Shown: positions 13,235 to 23,790, counted from the stretch's first letter. The stretch is DNA of 64,000 bases from an uncultured delta proteobacterium (GCA_963727485.1 CAVSGM010000011.1:384001-448000), one strand, 5' to 3'. Numbers and translations: made by a program. The notes: a model not told the origin generated them from the sequence alone.

Positions 13235-16200
13235 GGCACCGGCTGGCGGTGGCTGCCGTCGTCTTCCTCGCGGTCCTCCTCCCGGCTCGTCCGGGCTGGG
13301 CGGCGAAGCTGCCCCCGGACTTCCCCTGGAACCTCCAGCACCCCGCCGTGGTCTCGGTGGAGCTGCGGCTGCCCCGGGGGGTGCAGGTCCCCGGGCTCAA
13401 GTCCATGGTGCCCTTCCGCCCCGGCCAGGTGCTCACGCGCCATGCCCTGCGCCGGACGGTGCGCCTCCTCTACGAGACCCGGCACTTCCGGCAGGTCAGC
13501 GCCTACGTGCGCCCGGCGCCGGGCGGCGTGGCGGTGACCTTCGTGCTCCTGCCGCGGCAGCGGATCGCCGACGTCTCCTTCCCCGGCGCCGTGGCCTTCA
13601 ACCGGGACGACCTCCAGCGGATCGCCGGGCTCAAGGAGGACCACGAGTTCCTCAAGAGCTCGGTGTACAAGGCGAGGCGCGCCCTGGTGGCCGCCTACCG
13701 CCGCAAGGGCTACCGGCAGGTGCGCATCGAGCCGGAGGTCCGGGAGGGGAACAACGCGCTGGTGGCCCTGGTCTTCCGCATCGACGCGGGCCACCGGACC
13801 CGGCTCCTCGGGGTGCGGTTCCAGGGGCGCACCGGGCTGGAGCCGGCGGCCCTGCGCCGCGCCCTGGGGCTCGATCCCGGTGCCCCCGCGGACCTCGACG
13901 CGGTGGAGGCGGCGCTGCCCCGGCTCCGGGCCCGGCTGCCGGGAGGCGGGCTACCTCCGGGCGACCGTCGGGGATCCCACCGTGGCCCCCGTCCCGGGGC
14001 ACGGGCCCGGTCCCTGGGGCCGGCTGGTGATGCCCGTGGAGTCGGGGCCGGTGGTCCGCCTCCGGATCCTGGGCAACACCGTGATGTCCGACGCCCGGGT
14101 GCGGGCGCTCCTCCGGCTCCCCGACGACGAGCCCGCGACCCTCGACGTGATCCGCGACGGTGCCTCGCGCCTGGCGCGCCGCTACCGGCTCCTCGGCTAC
14201 GCCCACGTGTCGGTGTCGGTGCGCCAGATCCGCCCCGCGCCCGAGGTCCGGCGGGTGGTGCTCACCGTCAACGAGGGGCCGCGGCTGGAGGTGCGGCGCT
14301 ACCGCTTCATCGGCGCCACGGTGTTCCCCGCGCGGCGCCTGCGGCAGCAGCTCTGCGACGCCGTGGAGAAGGCCACCGCGCCGCCGCCCCTGGCCGTCGA
14401 CACCCGGGCCATCTCCGGCCTCGGCGGCCAGCGGGATCCCGCCGCGGGCGAGCCGCTGCCTCCGCGCCTCCCCGACCCCTGCACCGTCTACGACCCCGAT
14501 GTGTGGCAGAGCGCCCTCGACGCCATCCGTGACCTCTACCGCAACGATGGCTACCTGCGGGTCGAGGTCGAGGATCCCGTCCTCCGCCCCCTGCCCGGCC
14601 GCGGCCGCTACCAGGCCCTGATCCGGGTCCACGAGGGGGTCCAGACGCGAGTGTCGAAGATCCGGTTCCAGGGGGCCACCGCCCTTCGGGAGGCCAGGCT
14701 CGCCGGCGCGGTCCCGGTCGACGCCGGGCGTCCCCTCTCGTACCTGAAGGTGGAGCAGGGTCGCTTCGCCATCCGCGGTCTCTACGCCGAGCACGGCTAT
14801 CCGTTCACCAAGGTCCACGACCGGGTCTCCCTGGACGGCGACCGGCGCCACGCCGAGGTGGACTACCTGGTCACCCAGGGGCCCCAGGTCCACGTGGGGC
14901 GGATCATCGTCCGCGGCCACTACGACACCCCGGCGTCGCTGGTCCGCAGCCGCCTGCTCATCCACCCCGGCGAGGTATGGAACCTCGCCAAGGTCCGGGC
15001 GAGCCAGCAGTCGATCCTGCAGCTGGGGATCTACCGCTCGGCGGTGATCCGCTTCCTCGACGCCGATGACCCGGCGCCGGTGATGGACGTGGTGGTCCAG
15101 GTCAGCGAGCGCAAGCCCGAGGCGGTGGAGCTCGGCTTCGGGGTCTCCACCGAGGAGGGGCCGCGGGCCTACGCCGAGTACACCAACCTCTTGTTCTGGG
15201 GTGGCTCCGAGCTCCACGCCCGGGCCAAGGCCAACTACCCGGTCTTCTACACCGGGGTGGTGGCGCCGGGGCTGGAGTGGGAGGTCCACCTGGGCCTCAA
15301 GTTCCCGAGGCTCCTGGGGAGCCGCACCGATCTGGTGTGGGAGCGCCGCTACCGGCCCACCTACAGCCCGGTCTACAGCCTCACCCGCTGGGCCTGGTCG
15401 GTGGGCACCGAGGGCCGCATCGCCCGCCACGTCTCCGGCACCATCAAGGCGGGCATCGAGTTCGACTCCCTCTCCAAGGGCCAGGACCTCTCCCAGTCGA
15501 GCTACGTCCTCACCCAGCAGGACCGGGAGTTCCTCCGCCTGGAGCAGGGCACGGTGCTCCTGGCCAGCGTCGAGCCGGGGATCACCGTCGACCTGCGCAA
15601 CGATCCCTTCTCACCCACCGAGGGCTGGCTCCTCACCGGCAACCTCGACTGGTCCAAGGACCTGGGCATCCGGGTCCAGCCCATGCACTTCCTCAAGACC
15701 GTGGGCTCGGTCACCCGCTACCAGCCCCTGCCGGCGAAGATGGTGCTCGCGGTCTCGGCCTCGGGCGGGGTGGTGATCCCGCTCATCCCCGACAACCACA
15801 CCATCGGGCCCAAGCGCTTCTTCCTCGGCGGCGCCGACAGCCTCCGGGGCTTCCCCGTCGACTCGGTGCTGCCCCAGGACCAGCGGGTGCCTCTCGACGC
15901 CCAGGTCGTCACCTGCGAGCAGAACTTCCGGAGGCTCTGCGCCCCCGACGTCCTGAGCGTGATCGGCGGCCAGCGGCCCACCAGCGCCGGTGGCGACGCC
16001 TACGTCCTCGTCCGCGGGGAGCTGCGCTTCCCCATCGTCGGCGCCCTCCAGGGCGGGGTCTTCGTGGACGCCGGGAACCTCTGGCGCGACCCCCGGGACG
16101 TGAACCCCCTGGTCCTGCGCACGGCGGCCGGCTTCGGGATCCGCTACAAGACCCCGGTGGGACCGGTGGCCCTGGACCTGGGGTTCAACCTCGCCCCCGA

Positions 16201-16255
16201 CACCGCGATCCGCGAGGACGTCTACGCCCTCCACTTCTCCATCGGGGTGTTCTAG
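13231..16255 (+). CDS. Omp85 (BamA/TamA-family) protein with multiple POTRA domains, copy 1 (one extra base at about 13935-13940)
   Basis: GTG start overlaps the tamB stop; signal peptide; POTRA motifs (YRRKGY, VHEG, YAEHGY); barrel motifs FFLGGADSLRGF, GVFVDAGN, GIRYKTPVGPVALDLG; terminal F. Confidence 0.85.
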
Positions 16256-16267
16256 GCCACCCCACCC

Positions 16268-16624
16268 CTAGGCGAGGGCGTGGATCAGGTACTCGCCGGC
16301 GCCGCCGACGACGGCCATGATCAGCGCCGCCAGCAGGGCGGTCCCGAAGCCGCGCACCGTGAGGGCGTCGGTGAAGGCGTCGGTGATCTTCAGGAGGATG
16401 GCATCGACCACCCACCGGGTGAGGAACGCCAGGATGAAGCCCAGACCGAGCGTGGCCAAGCCGATCACCGTGAAGAAGAGCCAGCCGATGAAGAAGTTGA
16501 GGAGGCCGAAGATCGCCGCGGTGAGGATGGCGCCGCCGACCCCGCGGACCTTCACCCCCGGGAGGATGGCGGCGGCGATGTAGACGGCGACGGAGAGGAT
16601 CAGCCAGCTGACGAGGAGGTGCAT
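16268..16624 (-). CDS. 4-TM membrane protein of the YvlD / 'phage holin superfamily IV' family
   Basis: ILPGVKVRG..AAIFGLLNFFI..LATLGL..VVDAILLKIT..VRGFGTALLAALI pattern; ATG 16624 preferred because a -10 box lies 7 nt upstream. Confidence 0.8.
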   Translation of the reverse strand: MHLLVSWLILSVAVYIAAAILPGVKVRGVGGAILTAAIFGLLNFFIGWLFFTVIGLATLGLGFILAFLTRWVVDAILLKITDAFTDALTVRGFGTALLAALIMAVVGGAGEYLIHALA

Positions 16625-16638
16625 GGGCCGAAGCGTAA

Positions 16639-17550
16639 TCACTCCTCCGCCAAGCGGAAGAGCAGACCCCAGCGGACCCCCCGGTCGCTCACCGTGAGCG
16701 CCGGGGCTCCGAGGTGGCGCCGGGCCCGGGCCAGGAGCAGGGCCCCGGCGGGGAGGACGTCGGCGCGCTTCGGCTCCATCCCCGGGAGCCGGCGCCGCGC
16801 CTCGAGGTCCAGGGCGAAGAGCCGGTCGACCAGGGCGTCGAGGTCGCCGGCGCCGAGCTCGGTCCGGTGGACCCGGTCGGCGTCGTAGGCGGGCAGCGCC
16901 AGGTGGACGGCGGCCAGCGTGGTGGCGGTGCCGGCGACGGCGACCAGGCGTGCCCCCTCGGTCCCCTGGGGGATGGTGGCCAGGGCGGCGTCGGCGGCCT
17001 CGGTGATCCGCTCGCGGGCGGCGTCTCCGGGCGGGTCGGCGTGGACGAAGCGCTCGGTGAGACGCACCGAGCCCACGGGCAGGGAGGTGCGGAAGTCGAA
17101 GGCCTCGGCGGCGCCGTGGATGATCTCGGTGGAGCGCCCGCCGACGTCGATGACCGTGAGGCCGCGCCCGGGCGCTCCGAGCTCGCGCCAGGCGGCGAGC
17201 CAGGAGAGCTGGGCCTCGTCCTCACCGGGGATGATGGTCAGGCGGGTCCCGGCGTCGGCGGCCCGGCGCACCAGCTCGGCGCCGTTCTCCGCCTCCCGGG
17301 CGGCGGCGGTGGCCACCCCCACCAGCTCGGGCGCCCCCAGGGACCGGGCCTTCGCCGACATCTGCGCCAGGGTCTCGGCGGTGCGGTCGAGGGCGACGTC
17401 CGAGAGGCGCCCGGTGGCGTCGAGGCCGGCGCCGAGGCGGGTGATGACCGCCTCCTGCCACCGGGGTTGCCAGCCGTCGGCGGTCTGCTCGGCCACCAGG
17501 GCGGTGACCGAGTTGCTCCCCACGTCGACGGTGGCGAGGACCCGGCCCAT
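16639..17550 (-). CDS. ppx: Ppx/GppA-family exopolyphosphatase (short form)
   Basis: DVGSNS, ITRLG, ATAAAREAENG, GEDEA, DVGGRSTE, GSVRLTE, RADVL, GVRWG. Confidence 0.9.
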   Translation of the reverse strand: MGRVLATVDVGSNSVTALVAEQTADGWQPRWQEAVITRLGAGLDATGRLSDVALDRTAETLAQMSAKARSLGAPELVGVATAAAREAENGAELVRRAADAGTRLTIIPGEDEAQLSWLAAWRELGAPGRGLTVIDVGGRSTEIIHGAAEAFDFRTSLPVGSVRLTERFVHADPPGDAARERITEAADAALATIPQGTEGARLVAVAGTATTLAAVHLALPAYDADRVHRTELGAGDLDALVDRLFALDLEARRRLPGMEPKRADVLPAGALLLARARRHLGAPALTVSDRGVRWGLLFRLAEE

Positions 17551-18949
17551 CTACTTCCCCGGCTGCTTCGCCTGGGGGTCGGGGGTGGGCACCGGGGGCG
17601 TGCTCGGGGCGGCGGTGGCCGCCTGGGCGGGCCCGGCGCCGGCCGGGTAGGGGCCCCACACCGGGGTGTAGTAGCTGCCCTTGGGGAGCTGGAGCATCCG
17701 CTGGTTGGTCCCGTCGGCGTTCATGATCCAGAATCCGCGAGTGCCCGGTGCGGGTGGAGGTGAACACGATGTGGTGGCCGTCGGGGCTGTAGCTGGGCTC
17801 TTCGTTGTTGCCCGTGTCCTGGGTGAGGCGGGTGATGTCGCCGGTGTCGGGGCTCACGGTGAACAGGTCGAAGACGTTGCGCTCGTCGCGGGCGGTGAAG
17901 GCGATGGCGTCACCCCGAGGGGACCAGGCGGGGGTCTGGTTGTAGTTGCCCTGGAAGGTGAGGCGCTTCTGGCCCGTGCCGTCGGCGTTCATCACGTAGA
18001 TCTGGGGGCTGCCGCCCCGGGAGCTCACGAAGGCGATGCGCTTGCCGTCGGGGGAGAAGCTGGGCGAGGCGTCGACACCCCAGGCGTGGGTCAGCTCCCG
18101 GGGGTGGCTGCCGTCGGCGTTCGCCACCCAGATCTGCGAGTTCCCGCCGCGGGTGTCGGTGTAGGCGATGCGGCGCCCGTCGGGGGAGAAGGCGACGCCG
18201 GTGTACATGGCCTCGCCGCCGCCGGTGACCAGCCCCGAGACGTGCCCCGAGAGGCTCACGGTGTAGAGCTTGGGGTAGCCGGTCCGGTAGGAGGTGTAGG
18301 CGACGCGGCTTCCGTCCGGTGCCCAGGCCGGGAGGAGGTTGAGGCCGCCGCCGGTGAGCCGGTGGGCCCCGTGGCCGTCCCAGTCGCCGACCCAGACCTC
18401 CTTGCTCTTGCCCACCCGGCGGACGAAGGCGATGGAGGTGTCGAAGATCCCCCGCTCCCCGGTGAAGTACTTCACCACGTCGTTGGCGCAGCGGTGGGCG
18501 AGCATCCGGGCGTCGGCCACCGGCGCGGTGTAGGTCCAGTGGGCGCTCTCTTCGGCCTTGGTGACGTCGAAGAGGTGGGCCTCGTAGGTGGCGATCCCGT
18601 TCTTCACCGTGATCCGACCCTTGAGCAGGCCCTCGGCGCCGACGTTGGCCCAGGCGGGGAACTTGATGCTGGCGGCGTTGAGGCCCTCGCCGGGGGCGGC
18701 GAGGAACGACCGGGGGTCGAGGACCTGGAACACCCCGCTGACGTCGAGGTCGTAGCGCAGCCGGGCGGTCACCAGGTCGGCGACCTTGGCCGCGGCGTCC
18801 CCCTGGGAGAGCACCCGGGGGATGGCCAGCGGGTAGGGCCGGAAGGTGGCACCGGTGACGTCGATGTAGACCCGGTCGGCCCGGGCCGGCCGGGCGGTGG
18901 CGAGGCCGAGGACGAGGGCGAGGGCGGCGAGGAGGGGTACGCGTCGCAT
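17551..18949 (-). CDS. tolB: Tol-Pal beta-propeller protein TolB (AglW-like; one extra base near 17733)
   Basis: Signal peptide, TolB-N (YDLDVSGVF, FTGERGIFDTSIAFV), PD40 repeats (PAWAPDG, FSPDG, PAWSPRG); after repair the frame continues IWIMNADGTNQR.. to TAG 17551-17553. Confidence 0.9.
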
Positions 18950-18969
18950 GGGAAACCGGGGTCTTGGGA

Positions 18970-19701
18970 TCAGAGCCTGAACTTCACGCCCAGGCCCTCG
19001 GTCATGAACTTGTCGCGCCAGCCGTTGGGGGGCGGCGGCAGGGGATTGGAGGCGGCGATGGCCCGGCGCAGGGCGTCGTCGAACTGCGCGTTCCCCGAGC
19101 TCTTCTCGATGACGGTGCGGGTGATGTGCCCGTCGGGGGCGACGTAGATCACCACCGTGGCATTCAGGTAGAGGCGCTGGCGGTCGGAGATGGTGCTGGG
19201 CACCTTGTAGTTCGAGTGGAGCTGCTGCTCCACCAGGGCCAGGTACTTGTCGCCCTCGCTGGCGGTCACCGCGTCGCCGTTGGGGTTCCCGTCGGCGGCC
19301 CCCGGGGGCTTCTCGGGCTTGGCCTTCTCGTCCCACTGGTCGGCGACCTTGCTGATGGCCGCGGCCAGGGGATCCACCGAGCGCTTGGGGGTCTTGGGCT
19401 TGACCTTGGGCTTGGGGGGCGGCTTGTGGCTCGGCGGCGTCTTCACCGGGAGGGCCACCTGGGGCTTCGGCGGCGGCGGCTGGCGGTACTTGCGGGGGAG
19501 GAGCTTGGGATCCCGGGGGGTGCCCAGGCGGACCAGGTGGGCCACGATGGGCTTGGTCTGGATGATGGGCCCCGAGGGCGCCATCGACCCCAGGTAGAAG
19601 GCGAGCCCCAGGACCACGACGTGCGCGAGGGCCGAGATCGTCACCGCCCGGAGGAGCCGGGGATCCCGCCCGGTGAGGAGGCTCTCGTGGGTGGTGTCCA
19701 T
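18970..19701 (-). CDS. tolA: TolA/TonB-like energy transducer
   Basis: TM helix with SALAH (SxxxH), Pro/Lys-rich linker, TonB-C motif SSGNAQFDDALRRAI..PLPPPP; lies between tolR and tolB. Confidence 0.8.
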   Translation of the reverse strand: MDTTHESLLTGRDPRLLRAVTISALAHVVVLGLAFYLGSMAPSGPIIQTKPIVAHLVRLGTPRDPKLLPRKYRQPPPPKPQVALPVKTPPSHKPPPKPKVKPKTPKRSVDPLAAAISKVADQWDEKAKPEKPPGAADGNPNGDAVTASEGDKYLALVEQQLHSNYKVPSTISDRQRLYLNATVVIYVAPDGHITRTVIEKSSGNAQFDDALRRAIAASNPLPPPPNGWRDKFMTEGLGVKFRL

Positions 19702-20144
19702 CAGCGGTGACGCTTGGGTCTGCGGTCCTGCTCCAGGGGATCGGTGATCATGCCGAGGTTCTCCACCCCGGCGCGCCGGGCGATGGCCATCACCTCGACC
19801 ACCACGCCATAGGGTAGGCGCTTGTCGGCGTGGAGATAGAGCTCGTGGTCCTTCTTCACCTTGGCGTTGGTGGCCAGCTTCTCCTCCAGCTGATCCATGG
19901 GCACCTGGGTGTCGCCGATGAACACGTGCTGGTCCCGGTCGATGGAGAGCACCAGCTTGGGCTTCTCGTCCTGGATCGGCTGGGCCTTCGCCTGGGGCAG
20001 CTGGACCTTCACCCCCTGGACGATGAGGGGAGCGGTCACCATGAAGATGATGAGCAGCACCAGCATCACGTCCACGAGGGGCGTGACGTTGATGTCGCTC
20101 ATGGGGCGGCGCCGACCGCCGCCCCCGCCGGTGGCCATGCCCAC
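19701..20144 (-). CDS. tolR: TolR (AglV-like)
   Basis: MSDINVTPLVDVMLVLLIIFMVTAP, ADKRLPYGVVVEVM. Confidence 0.93.
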   Translation of the reverse strand: MGMATGGGGGRRRPMSDINVTPLVDVMLVLLIIFMVTAPLIVQGVKVQLPQAKAQPIQDEKPKLVLSIDRDQHVFIGDTQVPMDQLEEKLATNAKVKKDHELYLHADKRLPYGVVVEVMAIARRAGVENLGMITDPLEQDRRPKRHR

Positions 20145-20154
20145 GCGTGTGCTC

Positions 20155-20913
20155 CTACTTGAAGAAGTGCCGCCGGATGATGTTGAGGAAGTCGATGGAG
20201 AAGTTCTCCATCTCCGCCTCCAGGACCCGGATCTTCGCGGTGAAGTGGTTGTAGGCCACCACCGCGGGGATGGCGGCGAAGAGCCCCACCGCGGTGGCGA
20301 TGAGGGCCTCGGAGATGGGCCGCGCCACGGTGGCGAGGTTGGCGTTGCCCATCAGGTAGATCTCGTGGAAGGCGCGCATGATGCCCCACACGGTGCCGAA
20401 CAGACCCACGAAGGGCGCCGCCGAGCCGATGGTCGCCAGGAAGGAGATGGCCGACTCGAGGTGGGTGAGCTCGGCGGTGCTGGCGCGCCGGAGGCTCCGC
20501 TCGACGTTCTCCAGGTCCTCGCTGGTGCGCGTGGACTTGTCGTCCTTGGAGATCTTGGTGAGCTCCACGTAGCCGGCCTTGAACACCTGGCTGATGGGGC
20601 TCTCGGCGAGGGTGTCGGCGGTCTGGTAGATGGCGTCGAGGCGCTTGGACTGCCAGAAGGCCTCGAGGAAGCTCACCGACTGGCGCTGGGCCTTCCGCAG
20701 CTGGAGCGACTTGCGGACGATGATGCCCCAGCTCGCCACCGAGGCGGTGGCCAGGAGCAGGAGGACGAAGCCCACCACCGCGCCGGCGTGGGTGACGATG
20801 TGCCAGTAGTTGAGGCCGCCACCCGGGGGAGCTCCGGCGGGCGCGACCGTGGGGGCCGCCGCCTGGGCAAGGAGGAACGGTGTGGCAAGAGCGTCACGGA
20901 GGAGGTCGATCAT
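20155..20913 (-). CDS. tolQ: TolQ (AglX-like)
   Basis: SVASWGII, FLATIGSAAPFVGLFGTVWGIM, ISEALIATAVGLFAAIPAVVAYN; start codon uncertain. Confidence 0.93.
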   Translation of the reverse strand: MIDLLRDALATPFLLAQAAAPTVAPAGAPPGGGLNYWHIVTHAGAVVGFVLLLLATASVASWGIIVRKSLQLRKAQRQSVSFLEAFWQSKRLDAIYQTADTLAESPISQVFKAGYVELTKISKDDKSTRTSEDLENVERSLRRASTAELTHLESAISFLATIGSAAPFVGLFGTVWGIMRAFHEIYLMGNANLATVARPISEALIATAVGLFAAIPAVVAYNHFTAKIRVLEAEMENFSIDFLNIIRRHFFK

Positions 20914-21013
20914 GTCGGGGCGCCTGGCCGTGGGAACCGGGCGCCACCTCGGACCATTCCCGGGGGGCGCCGTCGCGTCGTAGGACGCAAATACCTGAAT
21001 AAAGGTGCGTTTG

Positions 21014-21042
21014 GGTGTAGCATGCGGGATCGGGAGGGTCAA
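21014..21042 (-). promoter_or_regulatory. Putative sigma70 promoter for tolQRAB
   Basis: Minus strand TTGACC, 17-bp spacer ending in TG-c, then TACACC. Confidence 0.55.
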
Positions 21043-21062
21043 GCTGGGGTCAGGCGCCTTCG

Positions 21063-21078
21063 TGGCACGCAGGTTGCT
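21063..21078 (+). promoter_or_regulatory. Sigma54 (-24/-12) promoter
   Basis: TGGCACG-CAGG-TTGCT, an exact match to TGGCACG-N4-TTGCW, intergenic and about 120 bp upstream of ATG 21197. Confidence 0.8.
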
Positions 21079-21196
21079 CCCCTCCGGGGAGGCAACCGGT
21101 CCGGTCCGGACACCCCCGGTTGAATCTCCCCGCAAGCCCCACGTCCAACCCCGCCGACGCGCCACAGCGCGACATCAATTTCTCATGGAGGGAACC

Positions 21197-22162
21197 ATGC
21201 GCGCCATTCGACTCACCGCCTTCGCCGCCGGCCTCTTGCTGGCCTCTGGATGTATCGTCGTCCCCAATGGAGGAGGCGGGGGCGGGGGTGGAGCCACCGG
21301 CTCGCTCACCCTGAACTACACCTTCGGGGGCAGTGGCTGCGCCGCCGCCGGCGTCGACCAGATCTCGATCCAGGTCTCGGGCCCGAAGGACAGCGCCTCC
21401 AAGGACGTGAGCTGCACCACGGCGCCCCAGGGGCTCACCATCGACAACTTCATCCCCGACACCTACGACGTCACCATCACCGGCTACGACGCCAGCGGGA
21501 ACGCCCTCTACGGGATGAGCACCGCCCAGTCGGTGACCATCGGCGTCGGGACCAACAGCTACGCCATCGACGTCCCGCCCCTCACCGGTGACCTCTCGGT
21601 CTACTGGGGCAAGTTCGGCACCTACACCGACTGCAGCGCCGCCCAGGCCAACATCCCCACCGTGCGCGCCACCCTCGAGGATGCCGGGGGCAACGTCCTC
21701 GACGACCAGACCTACGACTGCAGCGCCGCCGGCGTCACCTGGCCCCAGATCGCCCCCGGGACCTACACCGTCATCCTCAACGGCATCGCCTCCGATGGGA
21801 TGGTCTACTACGCCGCCTCCAGCCAGGTCGACGTGACCACCGGCCAGGCCAACGACTACACCGTCGACCTCGTCGACAACACCGGGCAGCTCACCGTCCA
21901 GTGGACCTTCGCCGGCAGCTCGGCGTGCGGCAGCGTGTCCACCGTCCACGTGAAGATCCTCGACGCCAACAACAACGTCCTCGACGACAACACCTACAAC
22001 TGCAGCGACGGCGGCGAGGTCTACGACAACGCCCCCGCCGGTGGCTACACCGTCGACGCCCAGGGCATGGACAGCTCGAACCAGGTCCTCTACTCCGGCA
22101 CCAACTCGAGCGTCACCGTCGTCGCCGGGACCCAGCAGACCTACATCGTCGACATGAACTAG
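21197..22162 (+). CDS. Lipoprotein with three tandem ~95-aa beta-sandwich-like repeats, each with two Cys
   Basis: GGAGG SD; lipobox LASG-C; poly-Gly linker; repeats GxLT/SxxY/W..C..C..P.xYxV..G.(D)xxGxxLY. Confidence 0.75.
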   Translation: MRAIRLTAFAAGLLLASGCIVVPNGGGGGGGGATGSLTLNYTFGGSGCAAAGVDQISIQVSGPKDSASKDVSCTTAPQGLTIDNFIPDTYDVTITGYDASGNALYGMSTAQSVTIGVGTNSYAIDVPPLTGDLSVYWGKFGTYTDCSAAQANIPTVRATLEDAGGNVLDDQTYDCSAAGVTWPQIAPGTYTVILNGIASDGMVYYAASSQVDVTTGQANDYTVDLVDNTGQLTVQWTFAGSSACGSVSTVHVKILDANNNVLDDNTYNCSDGGEVYDNAPAGGYTVDAQGMDSSNQVLYSGTNSSVTVVAGTQQTYIVDMN

Positions 22163-22184
22163 CCCTTCGGGGCATGCTCCGCCG

Positions 22185-23030
22185 GTGACCGCGACGTCGC
22201 ACGATCCGGAGGCGCACCGCCGCCGGCCCATCGGAGTCTTCGACTCCGGGGTCGGCGGCCTCACCGTCCTCAAGAGCCTCCACGCGCGCCTGCCGAACGA
22301 GGGGACCGTCTACCTCGGGGACACGGCGCGCGTACCCTATGGGACCCGCTCGCCGGAGACGGTGATCCGCTACGCGCTGAACAACGCGCGGTTCCTCATG
22401 GACGCGGCGCCCCTGAAGATGCTGGTGGTCGCCTGCAACACCGCCTCGGCGGTGGCCCTCCCGGCGCTGGCCGAGGCGCTCCCGGTGCCGGTCCTGGGGG
22501 TGGTGGAGCCCGGGGCCGCGGCGGCGGCGGCGGCCACGCGCACCGGCCGGGTGGCGGTCATCGGCACCCGGGGGACGGTGAAGAGCGGGGCCTACCAGCG
22601 GGCCCTGTCCACCCTGCGGCCCGGGATCGAGGTCCACGCCCGGGCCTGCCCGCTGCTGGTGCCGCTCGCCGAGGAGGGGTGGCACGACGACGCCCTCGCC
22701 CGGGAGGTGGTGGCGCGCTACCTCGCCGATCTCGGGGACCACGACGTCGACGCCCTGGTCCTCGGCTGCACCCACTACCCCCTGCTCCGGGCGGCCATCG
22801 CCGAGGTGGTCGGGCCCGGGGTCGCGCTCATCGACTCCGGCGAGGCCACCGCCGCCGCCGTGGCCGAGCGCCTGGCGGCGGACGGAGACCTCGCCCCGGC
22901 GCCGGAGGCGGGCGAGGTCCCCCTGCGGCGCTGCTTCGTCACCGACGTCCCCGACGCCTTCCACGAGGTGGCCTCGCGTTTCCTCGGGGCCGAGGCCCCG
23001 GCGCCGGAGCTGGTGGACATCCCGGTCTAG
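22185..23030 (+). CDS. murI: Glutamate racemase
   Basis: IGVFDSGVGGLTV, DTARVPYG, VACNTAS, LGCTHYP. Confidence 0.96.
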   Translation: MTATSHDPEAHRRRPIGVFDSGVGGLTVLKSLHARLPNEGTVYLGDTARVPYGTRSPETVIRYALNNARFLMDAAPLKMLVVACNTASAVALPALAEALPVPVLGVVEPGAAAAAAATRTGRVAVIGTRGTVKSGAYQRALSTLRPGIEVHARACPLLVPLAEEGWHDDALAREVVARYLADLGDHDVDALVLGCTHYPLLRAAIAEVVGPGVALIDSGEATAAAVAERLAADGDLAPAPEAGEVPLRRCFVTDVPDAFHEVASRFLGAEAPAPELVDIPV

Positions 23031-23052
23031 CCGGGACGTGCCACCGGGCGGG

Positions 23053-23520
23053 TCAGCTGACGGCGATCTCCTTGCCCTTCACCGCGCCCTTCTCGCCCTT
23101 GGGCAGGTGGACGTGGAGGACGCCGTCCTTGTACTCGGCGGCAATCTTCTTCTGGTCCACCTCGGGCGGCACGGCGAAGGATTGGTAGAAGCTGCCGTAG
23201 CTGCGCTCGATCCGGTGGATCTTCTTGCCCTTCTCCTCGTGGGCCTCCTTCCGCTCGCCCTTGAGGATGAGGTGCCCCTCCTCGGTGGTCACGTGGACGT
23301 CGGCCTTCTTGACCCCCGGGAGCTCGGCGGTGATGAGGTACTCGCCGTCGGTCTCGGTGATGTCCACGGACGGGGCCCAGTCGGCAAGGCCGAGGCGGGT
23401 CTCCTCGAAGCGGCCGAGGTTTCCGAACACCTGGCCCATCCGCTCGGTGAAGTCCTCGAGGTCCCGGAAGGGACGCCAGCGGGTGAGCTCATCCATGGGG
23501 TTCCTGCGCTGGATTGCCAT
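23053..23520 (-). CDS. Small heat-shock protein (Hsp20/alpha-crystallin)
   Basis: WAPSVDITE, AELPGV, LKGERK, ERSYGSF, YKDGVLHVHLPK; AAGGAG SD. Confidence 0.93.
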   Translation of the reverse strand: MAIQRRNPMDELTRWRPFRDLEDFTERMGQVFGNLGRFEETRLGLADWAPSVDITETDGEYLITAELPGVKKADVHVTTEEGHLILKGERKEAHEEKGKKIHRIERSYGSFYQSFAVPPEVDQKKIAAEYKDGVLHVHLPKGEKGAVKGKEIAVS

Positions 23521-23575
23521 GATCTGCTCCTTGCGTGGGGGCTTGGTCGCCTCCGTGCCACGCGCCTGAAAGGGG

Positions 23576-23591
23576 AGCATCCGGCGTGCCA
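23576..23591 (-). promoter_or_regulatory. Putative sigma54 promoter for hsp20
   Basis: Minus strand TGGCACG-CCGG-ATGCT with correct GG/GC spacing and one mismatch. Confidence 0.65.
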
Positions 23592-23790
23592 GCGACGGGC
23601 CCGAGGGCGCCCCCGGGGCGGCGTGGAGAATCCCGGGTCACGACGCCACCTTCCAGGGTCGCCGCCCGCGCCTGGGGGCTGTGGCCGGGGCGGGCGTCCG
23701 CATCGCCTGCTGGCCCGCGACGGCCGCCCCGGCAGCCGCTGCGACCGGGGCAACCTGCCACCGGGAGGCTCTGCCCCAGCCGTTTGGACC

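Noticed and set aside
9319..14532. 1737-aa ORF fusing TamB to POTRA domains
   Set aside because: The middle is out-of-frame Arg/Pro/Gly text; two insertions explain it as separate tamB and omp85 genes
16268..16624. Holin-family gene as prophage evidence
   Set aside because: This family is common in chromosomal contexts; no integrase, structural or endolysin genes and no obvious compositional shift
22162..22173. GCCC-TTCG-GGGC hairpin as an intrinsic terminator
   Set aside because: The stem is only 4 bp with no U-tract, and it overlaps the predicted murI promoter
23027..23043. TGGCACG on the minus strand after murI as a sigma54 promoter
   Set aside because: The GC of the -12 element is off by one base and it points antisense into murI
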